Shown here one piece after another: positions 13,678 to 27,180 of a stretch of DNA of 64,000 bases. Both the position numbers and the translations under genes were made by a program. This stretch comes from Octopus sinensis (lineage: Eukaryota), in contig NC_043005.1 of assembly GCF_006345805.1 (NCBI RefSeq), positions 35,960,001 to 36,024,000 on the forward strand. Reading direction: 5' to 3'. The notes beneath the pieces were generated by a model. The model had not been told where the DNA came from and ran no database searches. It saw only the letters and a program-made list of their open reading frames with translations. The first letter of the stretch is position 1. The number at the start of each line of letters is the position of its first letter.

Positions 13678-14001
13678 AATTATTCGGTAGCCATGATAAA
13701 ACTCCGAGTTTTGGATGTCGGGGCGGAAACCCGGACCGGCATCCCTTCAGTTATCGGGCCATCAAAAAATGCAATGAAAATGACCGTTAAACAGGGGGAA
13801 ATTACTATGTGATTGACCGTTATTAAGACATAAGAGCTATTAGAATGACCGCTAAATAGGGGAAAGGGAGTAAAAATGCTCACAGCAATCGCGTAAGTGC
13901 GCTTGTATGGACAGGCGCGCTTACGCAATTGAAGAGATGCCGATGCGGCTTTCTGCCCCGATATCCGAAACTCGGAGTTTTATCATGGCTACCGAATAAT
14001 T
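13678..14001. mobile_element. MITE with ~75-bp imperfect TIRs
   Basis: aattattcggtagccatgataaaactccgagttt... at 13678 is mirrored by ...aaactcggagttttatcatggctaccgaataatt ending 14001; possible AATT TSD; non-coding. Confidence 0.85.
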
Positions 14002-14816
14002 CTCACGTTATTTTTACAGATAAATTCCTCTATTTACATAATATCGAGGTCTCTTTCATTCTTTTGTTGTCATTGATTCTTCGGTCTACTCCTCCCCACT
14101 CTCTCACATTTCTTTGCCTTTCTTACTTTGCACTTCACTGTCCCTGTCTTTCTTTTTTCTCGCCAATCCTTGACACGCTCTCTTTCTTCTCCTCCTCTTT
14201 AATTCCTTGTTCCTCTTTTCTCTCTCTTCTCCACCCTCCTTAATACCTTTGTTCCTCTTGTTCTCTCTCTTCTCCCCCTCTTTAATTCCTTTGCCCCTCT
14301 TTTTCTCTCTCTTCTCTTCTCACGTGACCGCTGGCCAACTATAGCCCTTTCGCTTCGGACCAACCGTCACGATAACACCGCTTTCTTCGTCTGCCGTAAA
14401 GGCCTTATATTTCAAATACGCTAGCTGAATTCAATTCGTCTCTGGTCGAAAGACGCCTGTTGTTATGTCCTTTTTTTATTATTATTATTATTGTTTTTTG
14501 TATTTATATTCGTGTAACATCGTACGTTTTTCTGTCCTTGTTTCGTATACATTCGATCCCTTTTCCAAGAAATCTAATGCTCGTAGCTTAGTTTTTCCTT
14601 GGGGCTGGCCAGATTGGAGCAATCTCAAGATCAATCAGCCGAAATTGCGAGGATGATCCGGTTCTTGACTGAAGATTAGAGGCTTCGAATGACCCGTCCG
14701 TGTTTTTTGTATCGTCTATTTGAATGTTTTGCGTTCTTGTCCCATTTTGTATATATATATACATTACACACATATACACATACACACACATATATACATA
14801 TATGTGTGTGTATATA

Positions 14817-14879
<63 letters not shown>

Positions 14880-14913
14880 CGTATAATAAGGGATGAGCTC
14901 ATTATATCTATCT

Positions 14914-14986
<73 letters not shown>

Positions 14987-15119
14987 CTATATATATATAT
15001 ATATATATACATACGCACATACATATATACACACATACATGTGTACATTATTATTAATTTAATGTATAAATTACGTATATACAGATATAGACATAAATTC
15101 ATATATTTTTTATTCTTTT

Positions 15120-15445
15120 AATTGTTTCAGTCATTTGACTGCGGCCATGCTGGAGCGCCGGCTTTTAGTCGAACAAATCGACCCCAGGACTTATTCTTTG
15201 TAAGCGTAGTACTTATTCTATCGTTCTCTTTTGCCGAACCGCTAGGTTACGGATACGTAAACACCAACATCAGCTGTCAAGTGATGGTGGGGTGACAAAC
15301 ACATATACACAAGCATACCCACTACACTCACGGAGTGGTTGGCGTTAGGAAGGGCATCCAGCCGTAGAAACACTGAACCAGATCAGACTGAACCGTCCAA
15401 CCCATGCTTGCATGGAAAGTGGACGCTAAATGATGATGATGACGA
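15120..15445. mobile_element. Family B SINE tail (minus, 15120-15310) abutting a (GAT)n-tailed SINE 3' end (plus, 15320-15445)
   Basis: gactgcggccatgctggagc...cgaaccgctaggttac, then gagtggttggcgttaggaagggcatccagc...gctaaatgatgatgatga. Confidence 0.7.
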
Positions 15446-15769
15446 TATTGATGATAAAAATCACACCAATGAGTTTTATCAAGTAGCCAGCATGCTATAA
15501 ACATTTATACGTAATTTATACATTAAGTTAATAATAATGTACACATGTGTATAATTATGTGAAGAGAGCTAGGGTGAAAACAACCCACCTCCAGCTTGCT
15601 TGAAGTGCCGTTACCTTAAAAAAACTACCAAAAATTCCAGATAAATATACAAATGCCTGAAAGCGCGTTAGTGAGAGAAAATTAAAAAGATCTCACGTTA
15701 ATTGTTAATTGGGTTCAATTTCTGGATTAAAGCATAAATAAGCCTTCTTCCTTCGCCATATATATATAT

Positions 15770-15908
15770 ATATGCGACGGGCTTCTTTCAGTTTCCGTCT
15801 ACCAAATCCACTCACAAGGCTTTGGTCGGCCCGAGTAGACACCTGCAGTAGGACTGAAACCGGAACCAAGTGGTTAGAAAGCAAGCGGCTTACCACACAG
15901 CCGCACCT
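15770..15908 (-). mobile_element. Family B SINE head/middle
   Basis: cgacgggcttctttcagtttccgtctaccaaatccactcacaaggc...gcttaccacacagcc. Confidence 0.8.
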
Positions 15909-15924
15909 ATAATGTCTGTATGTA

Positions 15925-16036
<112 letters not shown>

Positions 16037-17305
16037 GGTATAGTAGAAGACTATATATATATGCATACATTATATGTTTGTATATCATTGTTCAGTTTTA
16101 TTTCAAGATTTCTTGCCAATACAGAAAGAGCCGGTTTCTAACCTAGATCCAAGGCTCCTTCATAGGAATTTCATCAACAGGGTATTTTTGTTTGTTTTTA
16201 CGAATGTATGTATGTATGCATGTGTATACCGATATGTATGTATATGGCACCTGTGTGTTCGTATATTTTATTGCTCAAGGCAATCTAACGTTGTTACACC
16301 ATAAAACATGTCTAAATGCAACAGATGAGTTTCTGAGAGAGACGGAAAGAAATTAGGCTCTCCGTGTTAGAACGAAGAATTGAAAGATATGTATTGTGAT
16401 ATAGATAACCCCTGGAAGGTATGACACCTAACTTTGGGAGTGAAAGCTATGCCGAACTCTGAACTGGACACCTCTATGTAGGGCCAAAAGCTCCACCGTT
16501 TCCATCTATAATAAGCATCCAACACTGTAACACCGGTGCCGAAACACCTCAGATAGTTGCGTGGTATTGATGCTGATGCATTAAAAATTTAAAAAAAAAG
16601 CACTTAGACAAATTTCGATCTAGGGTACGAGATGAAACTTCATCACGGCAAAAAGAGCTATTAAGGGCTGCCCTATCCAAGAAAGTTACCAAAACTAAAG
16701 AGAAGGGACTGTGTAAATGAAAGAAATAAACATACATACATACATACATACATACATACATACATACATACATACATGCATTCATGCATACATACATACA
16801 TACATATATACATGCATGCATACATACATACATACATACACACACACATATATACATACACACATACAAACATATACATATATATATACATACACATATG
16901 CACATATATGTATGTGTGTCTGGTTGTGTATATATATGTGTGTGAGTGTGTGCGTACGTGTGTGTGTGTATGTATACAAAGATATCTACACACGTATACA
17001 TAACCCAAACAGATGCACATACGTATGGACTACACACACACATACACACACACACACACTCATACACACACACACACAAACACACATATATATAATTGGT
17101 AAAGGGGACAACGAACGTTAAGGCAAGGCAAACATCTCACGATATATACATTATTATTGGAAAACTTACAGGTATATGGAATATTCCGTTATCGGAGAGA
17201 AATAGGGTAAACGTAAAGGGTATAGGTTAATGAAATGACGACACAGAGGACAGGAGATGAAGAAAGAGATCGTCTGTGAACTAAACTCCCATACTTTGTA
17301 TACAT

Positions 17306-17632
17306 ATGTGTGGTAAATAGCTTGCTTACCAACCATATGGTTCCGGGTTCAGTCCCACTGCATGGCATCTTGGGCACGTGTTTTCTACTATAGCCTCGGA
17401 CCAACCAAAGCCTTGTGAATGGATTTGGTATATATCTGTGTGTGTGTGTGTGTGTGTGGTGTGTGTGTGTGTGCACGTTTGTCCCCGCAACTTAGAGGAT
17501 CGGCATAAGAGACCGATAGAATAAGTACTAAGCTTACAAAGAGTAAGTCCTGGGGTCGATTTGCTCGACTAAAGGCGGTGCTCCAGCATGGCCGCAGTCA
17601 AACGACTGAAACAAAATAAAAGAGTAAAAGAG
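17306..17632 (+). mobile_element. Family B SINE
   Basis: gtgtggtaaatagcttgcttaccaaccatatggttccgggttcagtccc...ggcggtgctccagcatggccgcagtc. Confidence 0.85.
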
Positions 17633-17819
17633 CAAAAGAATATATGTATATATAATATATATATATATATACACACATACTTACACATATACACACACAT
17701 ATACACATACACACATATATACATATATATGTGTGTACCTTACAAACACACACACATAACCCATACGGATGTATATTCGCAGTTTATACAGTTCGCGCCT
17801 GTGTGTGTGTGTGTGTGTG

Positions 17820-18047
17820 TGTATAAAGAGAGAGATACATACATACATACATACATACATATGTATATATATTATGCATATATATATATATGCATAATAT
17901 ATAAAGAGAGAGATACATACATACATACATACATATGTATATATATTATGCATATATATATATATATGCATAATATATAGAGAGAGATACATACATACAT
18001 ACATATGTATATATATTATTATATATATATATGCATAATATATATAC

Positions 18048-18078
<31 letters not shown>

Positions 18079-18085
18079 TGTATGT
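17820..18085. repeat. Compound ~70-bp minisatellite built of GA/TACA/TA tracts, adjacent to the gap
   Basis: Unit aagagagagatacatacatac...tattatgcatatata...gcataatata repeated 3-4 times. Confidence 0.8.
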
Positions 18086-18185
18086 NNNNNNNNNNNNNNN
18101 NNNNNNNNNNNNNNNNNNNNNNNNNNNNNNNNNNNNNNNNNNNNNNNNNNNNNNNNNNNNNNNNNNNNNNNNNNNNNNNNNNNNN
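18086..18185. other. Assembly gap (100 N)
   Basis: Run of N. Confidence 1.
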
Positions 18186-19403
18186 GGTTTTATGTATTGC
18201 TGTCTCTCTCACTCTCTCTCATTCTCTTTCACTTCCTTTCTGTCCCTCTTCTCTCCCGCTTTTGATTTAACAATGTGTATATGTGTATATATATCTACTT
18301 CTCTTGCGATGTGATAAACATTTAAAAATACAAAATAAACGCCGTCACCAATCACTGTCTCCTTCACTCTCTCACCCTCTCTCTCTGTTACTTCCTCTCT
18401 GTCCCCCTCTCTCTCGCTTAGCCACTTTGAAGTGTGAGGCACACAACAGGTACGCACAAAAACTAAAAGTTAGCGTATTAGTATTATTGATGGTAATGAT
18501 AATGATAATAATTCTTTCTACTATAGGCACAAGGCCTGGAATTTAGGGGAGGGGGCCAGTCGATTAGATCGACACCAGTATTTGACTGGTACTTAATTTA
18601 TCGACTCCGAAGGATGAAAGGCTAAGTCGACCTCGGCGGAATTTTTTACCTTTCATCATCCTTTCGGCATCGATAAATTAAGTACCAGTCTAGTACTTTA
18701 TTAAGAAAAACATTATGGACAATACCAAATCTGAGGGGACAGGACCAAAAGCGGTTACATCGACTCTAGTACCTGATTAATACTTTATTTTATCGACCCC
18801 AAGACAATGAAAAGCAAAGCTGAACACGGAGGGATTTGAACCCAGAATATTAAATTAAAACCCCACCGACATCAGCTCTTGTCTTTTCATCGATCGGCGG
18901 GTGGGGGAAGCAACAGCAACGATAGCAACAATAATATTCAGGAAAAGGGAAAAGAAACAGGTTACAATATTTCTCGTTTTCTCAATAATCTAACGAGTGT
19001 TTCCTGTAAAAGTGAAAATGTTTTGAAAGTGGTCAAACGATAAAAAACATTAAAAAAATTTAAAAAAATATTTCTATGATCCAATGTGCTTAGTTCAAGG
19101 GTACAATTAATTGAATGAGTGAGGCATTTGCGACATTCGCAAAATTGTGATTGTGTTAGAGAAAACGAGCGAGCGAGAGAGAGAGAGAGAGAGCGAGCGT
19201 GGGACAGAGGAAGCGAGAGGTTTTTAGCAAGGTTTATAGTATTAGATATCAGATGAAAAGAGACGACTTGTAGTTGAAGATGTAGTTCGATGCAATATAA
19301 TAAATTAAAACAAACAACAACAAAAAAAAAATGTGCGCATGGGGGTGGGATACAAGAGGAAATCTTGCCTCATCTTCATTCATAAAGAATGTTTAATTAC
19401 TGG

Positions 19404-19470
<67 letters not shown>

Positions 19471-19585
19471 CCTACCTATCTATCTATCTATTTATCTATC
19501 TATCTCTATACATGCACAAATACATACATGTGTATCTACCCATACCATCTCTCTCTCTCTGTATGTATGTATATATATATATATA

Positions 19586-22036
19586 CTGCACCAACAAGAC
19601 ATCAGAACATTTTGGACCTAGTGTTTAGTAACCACACTAACACTATACATAACGTTACAGTGGAAAAAACCTTTCTTTCCGACCATGACATGGTTCTCTG
19701 AACATGAAATTCACCAGCCGAAAGCTAATCCTAGTGACCTTCCTCCAGCCCACCCATTTGACAACATGGATCTCCATAAAGCCAACGGGATGCAATCAGG
19801 AACGAGCTATCAAATGTTGACTGGTCTTTACACATCACACATCTCCACCAACCATAAAACATCTTGGCAGATCTTTGTAGACACCGTCACAGACATATGT
19901 GCAAAACACTCCCCACCAAGACCTGTGAACAAAAGTGCAGAATCCCCAAACACAGAAAAACCATTATCAGAAAAATAAAAAGAACAACAAAAAATTAACA
20001 AACTAAAGTACTGCCAACAGCAACACACACATTCGACGGCTATCGCACTGCTTGAATCCAAAAAATATATCCTCCAACAATGCATGAAGACCCTCATCAA
20101 TAACCAAAGATCAGCTGAAGAGAAGTGGGCCATTGAAAAAATTAAACTCAACCCCAAAGTGTTCTTTTCATTTGCGAGGAAACGCAGGGTCACTGTCTCC
20201 ACTGTAGGCCCTCTAATTGACGAAACTGGCACTCTCCAAGATAATGCCAAATCCATGGCCGAGATACTGCAGAAACAATACTGCTCTGTTTTCAGCAATC
20301 CTGATATGGCCGATCTGGGCTGTATCAGTGATGTCAACCCCCAACACACCATATCGGACATAACGTTTAGTGCCTCTGATGTCTTAGCGGCGATAAACGA
20401 AATAAAACCAATTCAGCAGTAGGCCCCGATAGGTTCCCTGCTTGTGTCCTGAAGGTGTGTCGAAACCACCTTGCATCTCCCCTTGCTAATCTGTGGAGAA
20501 ACTCACTGGATGCTGGCTATATTCCAAAAAACCTTCTGTCCCAGTCTGTTGTCCCAGTTTTTCAAAAAGGGAAACAAGTCCCTTGCAGTGAATTACCGTC
20601 CGATCTCACTCACCTCTCATATCATCAAGGTATTTGAGAGGGTGGTGAGATCTCGAATAACCCAATTTCTGGAAAGCAACAGACGGCTGATCTCCAACCA
20701 ACATGGGTTCCGTAATGGAAGGGACTGCCTAACGCAGCTCCTGCATCACTTTGAGGACATTTTGAGAGCTTTGGGAGAGGGCTCCAACACCGATGTCATC
20801 TACCTTGATTTCAGTAAGGCCTTCGACAGGGTCGATCACAAGATCCTATTGAAAAAACTATCCAACATTGGTGTCTCTGGAAAGTTACTGAAATGGATTA
20901 AGTGTTTCCTGACAGACAGATCTCAACATGTTGTAGTTGAAGGGGTAAAATCAAGCCCAGCCAAAGTCAGTAGTGGCGTTCCGCAAGGCACTGTGCTGGG
21001 CCCACTTCTTTTCATCATTTACATTAATGACATTAATGACATCATCAAGCACAGCAACATAAAAATCTTTGCAGATGACTCCAAGCTACAGAAGGTCATA
21101 ATGAGGCGAGTGACCGGACATGCCTTCAGTCAGATCTACTGGCTGTTATCCAATGGGCAGAAAAAAACAATATGCTGCTGAACGAGGATAAATTTGAGCT
21201 AATCCACTTTGGAAAAGAGGATGCCCTGAAACTCCCATACTCCCTTCCTTCAGGTGAAACTCTCACGGCGTCCAACAACATCAGAGACTTGGAGTAATTG
21301 TGGACAACAACGTAAGCTGGGCCACTCATATAACACACCAAAGTTGACATGGCCCGCAGAATGTGTTCCTGGATTCTCAGAACTTTCCAGTCGAGAGATA
21401 TCCACACCATTATCCTTCTCTTCTCCACTTTTGCCCGACCCCACCTTGAATACTGTTGTCCACTGTGGTCTCCCCACACAATACAAGGTATCATAAAAGT
21501 TGAAGCACCTCAAAGGGCAATCACAAAAAAGATAGATGGCATGACAGGCCTCGACTATTGGGGTCGACTAGAAAGCTAAAACTCTATTCTCTCCAACGTC
21601 GTCGTGAGCGCTACATCATCTGCATGATGTGGAAAATATTCCATCAGCATTGCCCAAATGATGTTGGCATCACCTTTAAGGTACATCCAAGGCTTGGGCC
21701 CCGTGCCATCCGCCCAAAACAAAAATCGCACTCTCATCTCATAACACAATACGGCACAATTATTTCACACCTCAATTAGACCCGCTCTCTTTAACATAAT
21801 ACACCAAAACACATTAAAACAGAAACTGACCCTATAGGGTTCAAGAAGTCTTTGGACAGATTCCTCAAGAATCCCGGATAAACCCCCTACACCCGGATAT
21901 GTCTCTGTAAACAATAACTCTCTACTTGAGTGGGCCATAGTGCCCAATTCTGACTTGAAAGACTTCACCAGGTGGTGCTATTAAGTTAGACATGGCCGGG
22001 CCAATAATGGCCGAAACCTATCAAAGTATCAAAGTA
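19586..22036 (+). mobile_element. 5'-truncated CR1-group LINE (end of APE endonuclease + RT), decayed
   Basis: APTRHQNILDLVFSN (APE end); YRPISLTSH, QHGFR, YLDFSKAFDRVDH, GVPQGTVLGP, FADD at 21068; several frameshifts/stops; 3' ATCAAAGT repeat tail. Confidence 0.95.
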
Positions 22037-22101
22037 TATATATATATATATATATATACATACATACATACACACACACATATATAATCAACCAATCTTC
22101 A

Positions 22102-22159
<58 letters not shown>

Positions 22160-22173
22160 AAGATATATATATA

Positions 22174-22227
<54 letters not shown>

Positions 22228-22229
<2 letters not shown>

Positions 22230-22289
22230 AGGTAGTGATATTGAGTTAGACATGGCCTGGGCCTATACTGGCCGAAACCTATCAAAGTT
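22228..22289 (+). mobile_element. Second, diverged copy of the CR1 3' terminal ~62 bp
   Basis: Aligns to 21968-22028 with about 7 differences, including the ggcc-loop-ggcc stem. Confidence 0.85.
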
Positions 22290-22410
22290 ATGCCCTTATA
22301 TATATATCTACCTTATATCTTTGCCAAACTACTACATCAATTATCTGCCTTATCTATATACATATTTTACACGTCTAGGTTAGCAATGTGAGTTATCTTA
22401 GATGTCTTAC

Positions 22411-22492
22411 CTGTGGCCGTGCAATGGCTGGGACCTTGTGATATTTCATTTAGTCCAAATAAAAAGAAGAATAAAAGCAGTTTTACATCCAT
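22411..22492 (-). CDS. Candidate first coding exon with signal-peptide-like sequence MDVKLLLFFFLFGLNEISQGPSHCTAT(G)
   Basis: ATG at 22492, hydrophobic LLLFFFLFGL core, donor CAG|GTAAGA at 22410 (phase 1), CCAAT at 22613-22617 and a CT tract upstream on this strand. Confidence 0.4.
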
Positions 22493-22693
22493 CGAGAGTT
22501 GACGCTAATAAAACAACTTTTTTCGTAAGTCCATTTCGATTTGAAGCTAATTACATCTGTTTGACGGGTCGGTCGGTCGGTTGGTGGGACTGTGAGAAGT
22601 CGGTCGATTCTGATTGGTTAAAAAGTAAAGAAAGAAAGACAGAGAGAAAGAGTAAGCGTAAAAAGAAGTACAGAAACGACAACGGGATAGCGT

Positions 22694-22772
<79 letters not shown>

Positions 22773-23190
22773 AAGGAGGAAAAAAGAAAGATTTATAATA
22801 TAATATATATAGAAGGGGTGATTAATTTAGGGAGAAAGAGGGGGGTGTTGCGTAGAAATGTAAGAACGATGAAAATTTGAAAGGTAAAACAAACGATGTG
22901 TTTTTTTAGGGTTGAAGAATGGAAAGAGCGGGACAACGAAGCGGTAAGGAAGAGAATAAGCGAAGGAAGGAAGAATAAAAGAGACGTATTATCAGTGAAA
23001 TGTAAAATACGAGAGGTAAATGTATATACGGCGTTAGAGAGAAAGGTGGGCGTCACGCTACAAGTAGTGCGTGTGCATGTGTACACGCGTGTGTTTATGT
23101 GTACATGTGCGTATGTCTGTTTTGTATATCTATGTATCAACCTATCTGATCACACACGCACTCTCTCTCTCTCTGTATAAATATATATAA

Positions 23191-23232
<42 letters not shown>

Positions 23233-23234
<2 letters not shown>

Positions 23235-23597
23235 AGGCGCAATGGTCCAGTGGTTAGGGCATCGGACTCACGGTTTCGATTCCCAGACCGGGCATTGTGA
23301 GTGTTTACTGAGCGAAAATATCTAAAGCTCCACGAGGCTCCGGCAGAGGGGTGGGGTGGTGAACCCTGCTGTACTCGTTCACTACAACTTTCTCACACTC
23401 TTTGTTTCTGTTGTACCTGCATATAAAAAGGGCCAACCTCGTCACACTCTGTGTCACGTTGAATCAACCCGAGATCTACCTTAAGGGTACACGTGTCTGT
23501 GGAATGCTCAGCCACTTCCACCTTTAATTTCACGAGCAGGTTTTTCCGTTGATTCGATCAACTGGAACCCTCGTCGTCGTAACTGACGGAGAGCCAC
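23233..23597 (+). mobile_element. tRNA-derived SINE (family C)
   Basis: ggaggcgcaatggtccagtggttagggc...ggtttcgattcccagaccggg head; tail ggaaccctcgtcgtcgtaactgacgg; paralogue at 50437-50815. Confidence 0.9.
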
Positions 23598-23766
23598 ACA
23601 CTCACAGACACAAACACACAAACACACACACAAACACAAGCACACACACACAAGCACACACACACACACACACACACAAGCACACACACACACACACACA
23701 CACACACAAGCACACACACACACACACACACAAGCACACACGCACACACACACACATACACACACA

Positions 23767-23808
<42 letters not shown>

Positions 23809-23939
23809 TCCCTTCACAGTGTTTACCGTTTTACAAAATCAAACTAGAAACTGGACAAAACAGAGGACACAGTTGAAAAAAATTAAAAAGAAAAAAAGAA
23901 AAAAAAGAGAGAAAGAAAAAAGAGAAAAATAAATGATAA

Positions 23940-25199
23940 ATATTGAAGCTATCGAACTACACTAAGGTTTTTTCATACTTAGGAATTACGTCTCGATCCC
24001 TAAGCTTCTATATTTACTCAGTTTCCCATCGTGCCTCCATCGCTTCGACAACCTAGTTCATTGAGAAATTCGAATGCTTAGTCAATGTCAGACTCTCTCC
24101 AACGTCCCGCGATCAGGCTGCATTGCCCAAGCGATTTGGAGGTCTTGGTCTTCGTAAATGTTCGTCCCTCTCCCCTGCTTCCTTTCCTCCACCCACGCTT
24201 GCTCCACCCTGGTGAGCAAATCCTCTCCCCTCCAACATGGACCAGTTCCAACAGGGAGTTGGATGAAGCTCTCTAGCACTGGAGGGAATTGGGCTTTTCT
24301 GCTCCTGAGGTGGAAGACTGTCGGAGACAGAGAACTTGGGACAACATAATTTCAAAGGCCATCTTCGACTCTCTCTTCATCCAGTCGGACCAGTTCAAGG
24401 CGCCGCTTACTGTCTGCTAGCGCCAAATACTCAGGTGACTGGATTGACGCCATCCTTGTGGCTAATGTTAGTGGCCTACTCAGCTTGGACGAACTTCGTG
24501 TCTCCATTGCCCTCAGAGTGGGAGATGACGTACGCACGGGTTTGATCTGTCGTTGTGGCAGGCTCCTTGATTCCACAGGCCTCCATGGCTTTTCTTGCCG
24601 CTTGAATGCTGGTCGCTTCGCGCATATGAAGTTGAACCTGATACGTAAGAGGAGCTTGGCCTGGGCAACATCCCCTCCATCTTGGAACCATCTAGATTGT
24701 CCAGATGTGATGGGAAGAGAGCTGACAGCTTCACTCTGTGCCCCTGGTCGCAAGGCAGATGTTTTGTCTGGGATGTCACAGTTAGCGACTCCTTTGCTTC
24801 TTCTCATATCCCTGATGCTTCGGTCAGGGCGAGATCCACAGCTTCTGCGCCCGAGCGAAACAAAATCCTGAAATACCGCGATCTGTCGGCCAACTACATT
24901 TTCCATCCTGTGGCGCTTGGGACATTTGGTGGAGTCGGACCACTGGCAACTCGCCTTGCAGAGGTAACTGGTGAGGTTCGTGAGAGCGCTTGACTGCTCC
25001 AGTGCATCAGCTGCGAGCGTGCTGTGTGTCTCAGTAGCCATTAGAAAGGTTTCCCAGCGCTCCCAACTTTTCAACCCAAGGTGGTGAATTGTTTTTTCTC
25101 CTTTGTTCTCCTTTTTCTTTCTCTTTTTTTTTTCTTTTTCATTTTTTCAATTGTTTTCTGTTTTGTCCAGTTTTCTAGTTTGATTTTGTAAAACAGTAC
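23940..25199 (+). mobile_element. CRE-clade RLE non-LTR retrotransposon, 3' portion, decayed
   Basis: RNYVSIPKLLYLL; QAALPKRFGGLGLR; CRCG...HGFSC Zn knuckle; LEPSRLSRCDGKRADSFTLCPWSQGRCFVWDVTV (RLE with PDG changed to ADS); T-rich 3' UTR. Confidence 0.9.
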
Positions 25200-25204
25200 A
25201 CACA

Positions 25205-25407
25205 CATTCTGTTATTCTATTGTTTCAAAAATTTAACTGCGGCCATACTGAAGCACCACCTTCAAGGGTTTTAGTGAAAGAAATAAAACCCAGGATTTAT
25301 TCTTTATAAGCCTAGTACTTATTCCATCGGATTCTTTTGCCGAACCGTTAAGTTACGGGTATGTGAACACACAAATATTGGTTGCCAAGCGATGGTGCGG
25401 GAACGAC

Positions 25408-25453
<46 letters not shown>

Positions 25454-25611
25454 GAACTTTTTTCAGTTTCCGTCTGCCAAATCCATTCATAAGGCTGTAG
25501 CCGGCCCGAGGCTATATAGTAGAAGACACACTTGCTCAAGGTGTCACGCAGTGGGACTGAACCCGGAACCAAGTGGTTTGGAAGCAAGATTTTTACCACA
25601 TAGCCACGCCT
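25205..25611 (-). mobile_element. Family B SINE
   Basis: Reverse complement of family B head (ccacatagccacgcc) through tail (actgcggccatactgaagcacc). Confidence 0.85.
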
Positions 25612-25689
25612 ATACATAGGGTGCGATGGGCAAATCATCACCATTTTGGCTGAGTCAATTTCATCGATTTGAGTGCTCAATCGCTACTT

Positions 25690-26320
25690 TATTTTATTGA
25701 TCACGAATGAATGAAAGTCAAAGTGGACCTCAGCGGAATTTGAACTCCCGGCGTGCTAGCAATTCTTCCAGCTCGCCTCTTTAATGATAAGAATAATTAT
25801 CCTTTCTGTTATGGACACAAGGCCTGAAAATTTGGGGGAGGAGACTAGTCGATTTCATTGACCCCAGTGCTCAACTGGTACTTAATTTATCGACTCCGAA
25901 AAGACGAAAGGCAATGTCGACCTTGATGGAATTTGAACTCAGAACATTACGACGGGCGAAATACTGCTAAGCATTTCGTCCAGCGTCCTAACGATTCTGC
26001 CAGCTCGCCGCCTTAATACTACTACAAATAATAAACCTTTCTACTAGAAAGGCCAGAAATTTTGGGGGAGGGGACTAGTCGACTCCAGTTCCTAAATGGT
26101 ACTTATTTTATTGACTCCGAAAGGATAAAAGGCAAAGTCGACCATAGCGTAAAGACCCGAAAACCGCTTCAAATTATACCCAAAAGTGAGCAGTTTTGAG
26201 GGGAGGGGTTAAGTAATTACTTGACTGATTTTCTTTAATTTTTATAGAGCCCTTCCCCGGAAGGACGAAAGGAAATGTAAAGAGCTGGAAGAAATACTGC
26301 AAGAAATTTTATCCGGTGCT
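25690..26320 (-). mobile_element. Stack of 3-4 head-to-tail family A SINEs
   Basis: Repeated gaaaggcaa..gtcgacc..ggaatttgaactc cores at ~25720, 25910, 26130 and a decayed one at ~26260. Confidence 0.8.
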
Positions 26321-26680
26321 CTCACTATAATAAATGAGAATTTGATAAGTAGCATGGGTTCAATAATCTTAAGAAAGATATAACCGCTTGATCTAATCCG
26401 CAAGATGATTACATAATAACTCATAGATTGCGAAAAGATAAAAAGAAATATTGACCCAGCCGGGATTCGAACTCAGTACCTGACGGGGGACGAAACGAAG
26501 TCCCTAGATATAACTTATCTTTTTGATGATAAAATTACAATGCAGAGGAAGGAAATAGAAAGACGATAAAAATCTGAGAAGAAGACAGAGATAAGGAGTT
26601 TATTAGAGAACTTGAAAACCGGAAATGTAATCAGGTGTAATACAAGAGATAGATAGGTAGGTAGATAGATAGATAGATAT

Positions 26681-26721
<41 letters not shown>

Positions 26722-26837
26722 GAGGGTGGACGTGCATAATGACAGGTGTCAAGAAGAGTATATACAGGTTTGTGTTTACCTAGAACTGTCGAATTTCGTC
26801 TAAACTGGTACAGCATCAGGGCATTTATTATTATTAC

Positions 26838-26907
<70 letters not shown>

Positions 26908-27089
26908 TTATTCTTACCTCACTCCACTCCCTATTATATTCTCTATGTTATCTGGTAGCGATGCTAGGCTTCACGCTTTTACACATAGACACACACGCGC
27001 TTCCTCACAAACACACAAACACATACACAGTTACATCCTATCTACCCAAAATACATACCTTCATAGATGCAATTACATGAGCATTACAA

Positions 27090-27180
<91 letters not shown>

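Noticed and set aside
23233-23295. tRNA-like sequence (also heads of SINE families A, B, D)
   Set aside because: A/B boxes are present but there is no complete cloverleaf, and each continues into a SINE body.
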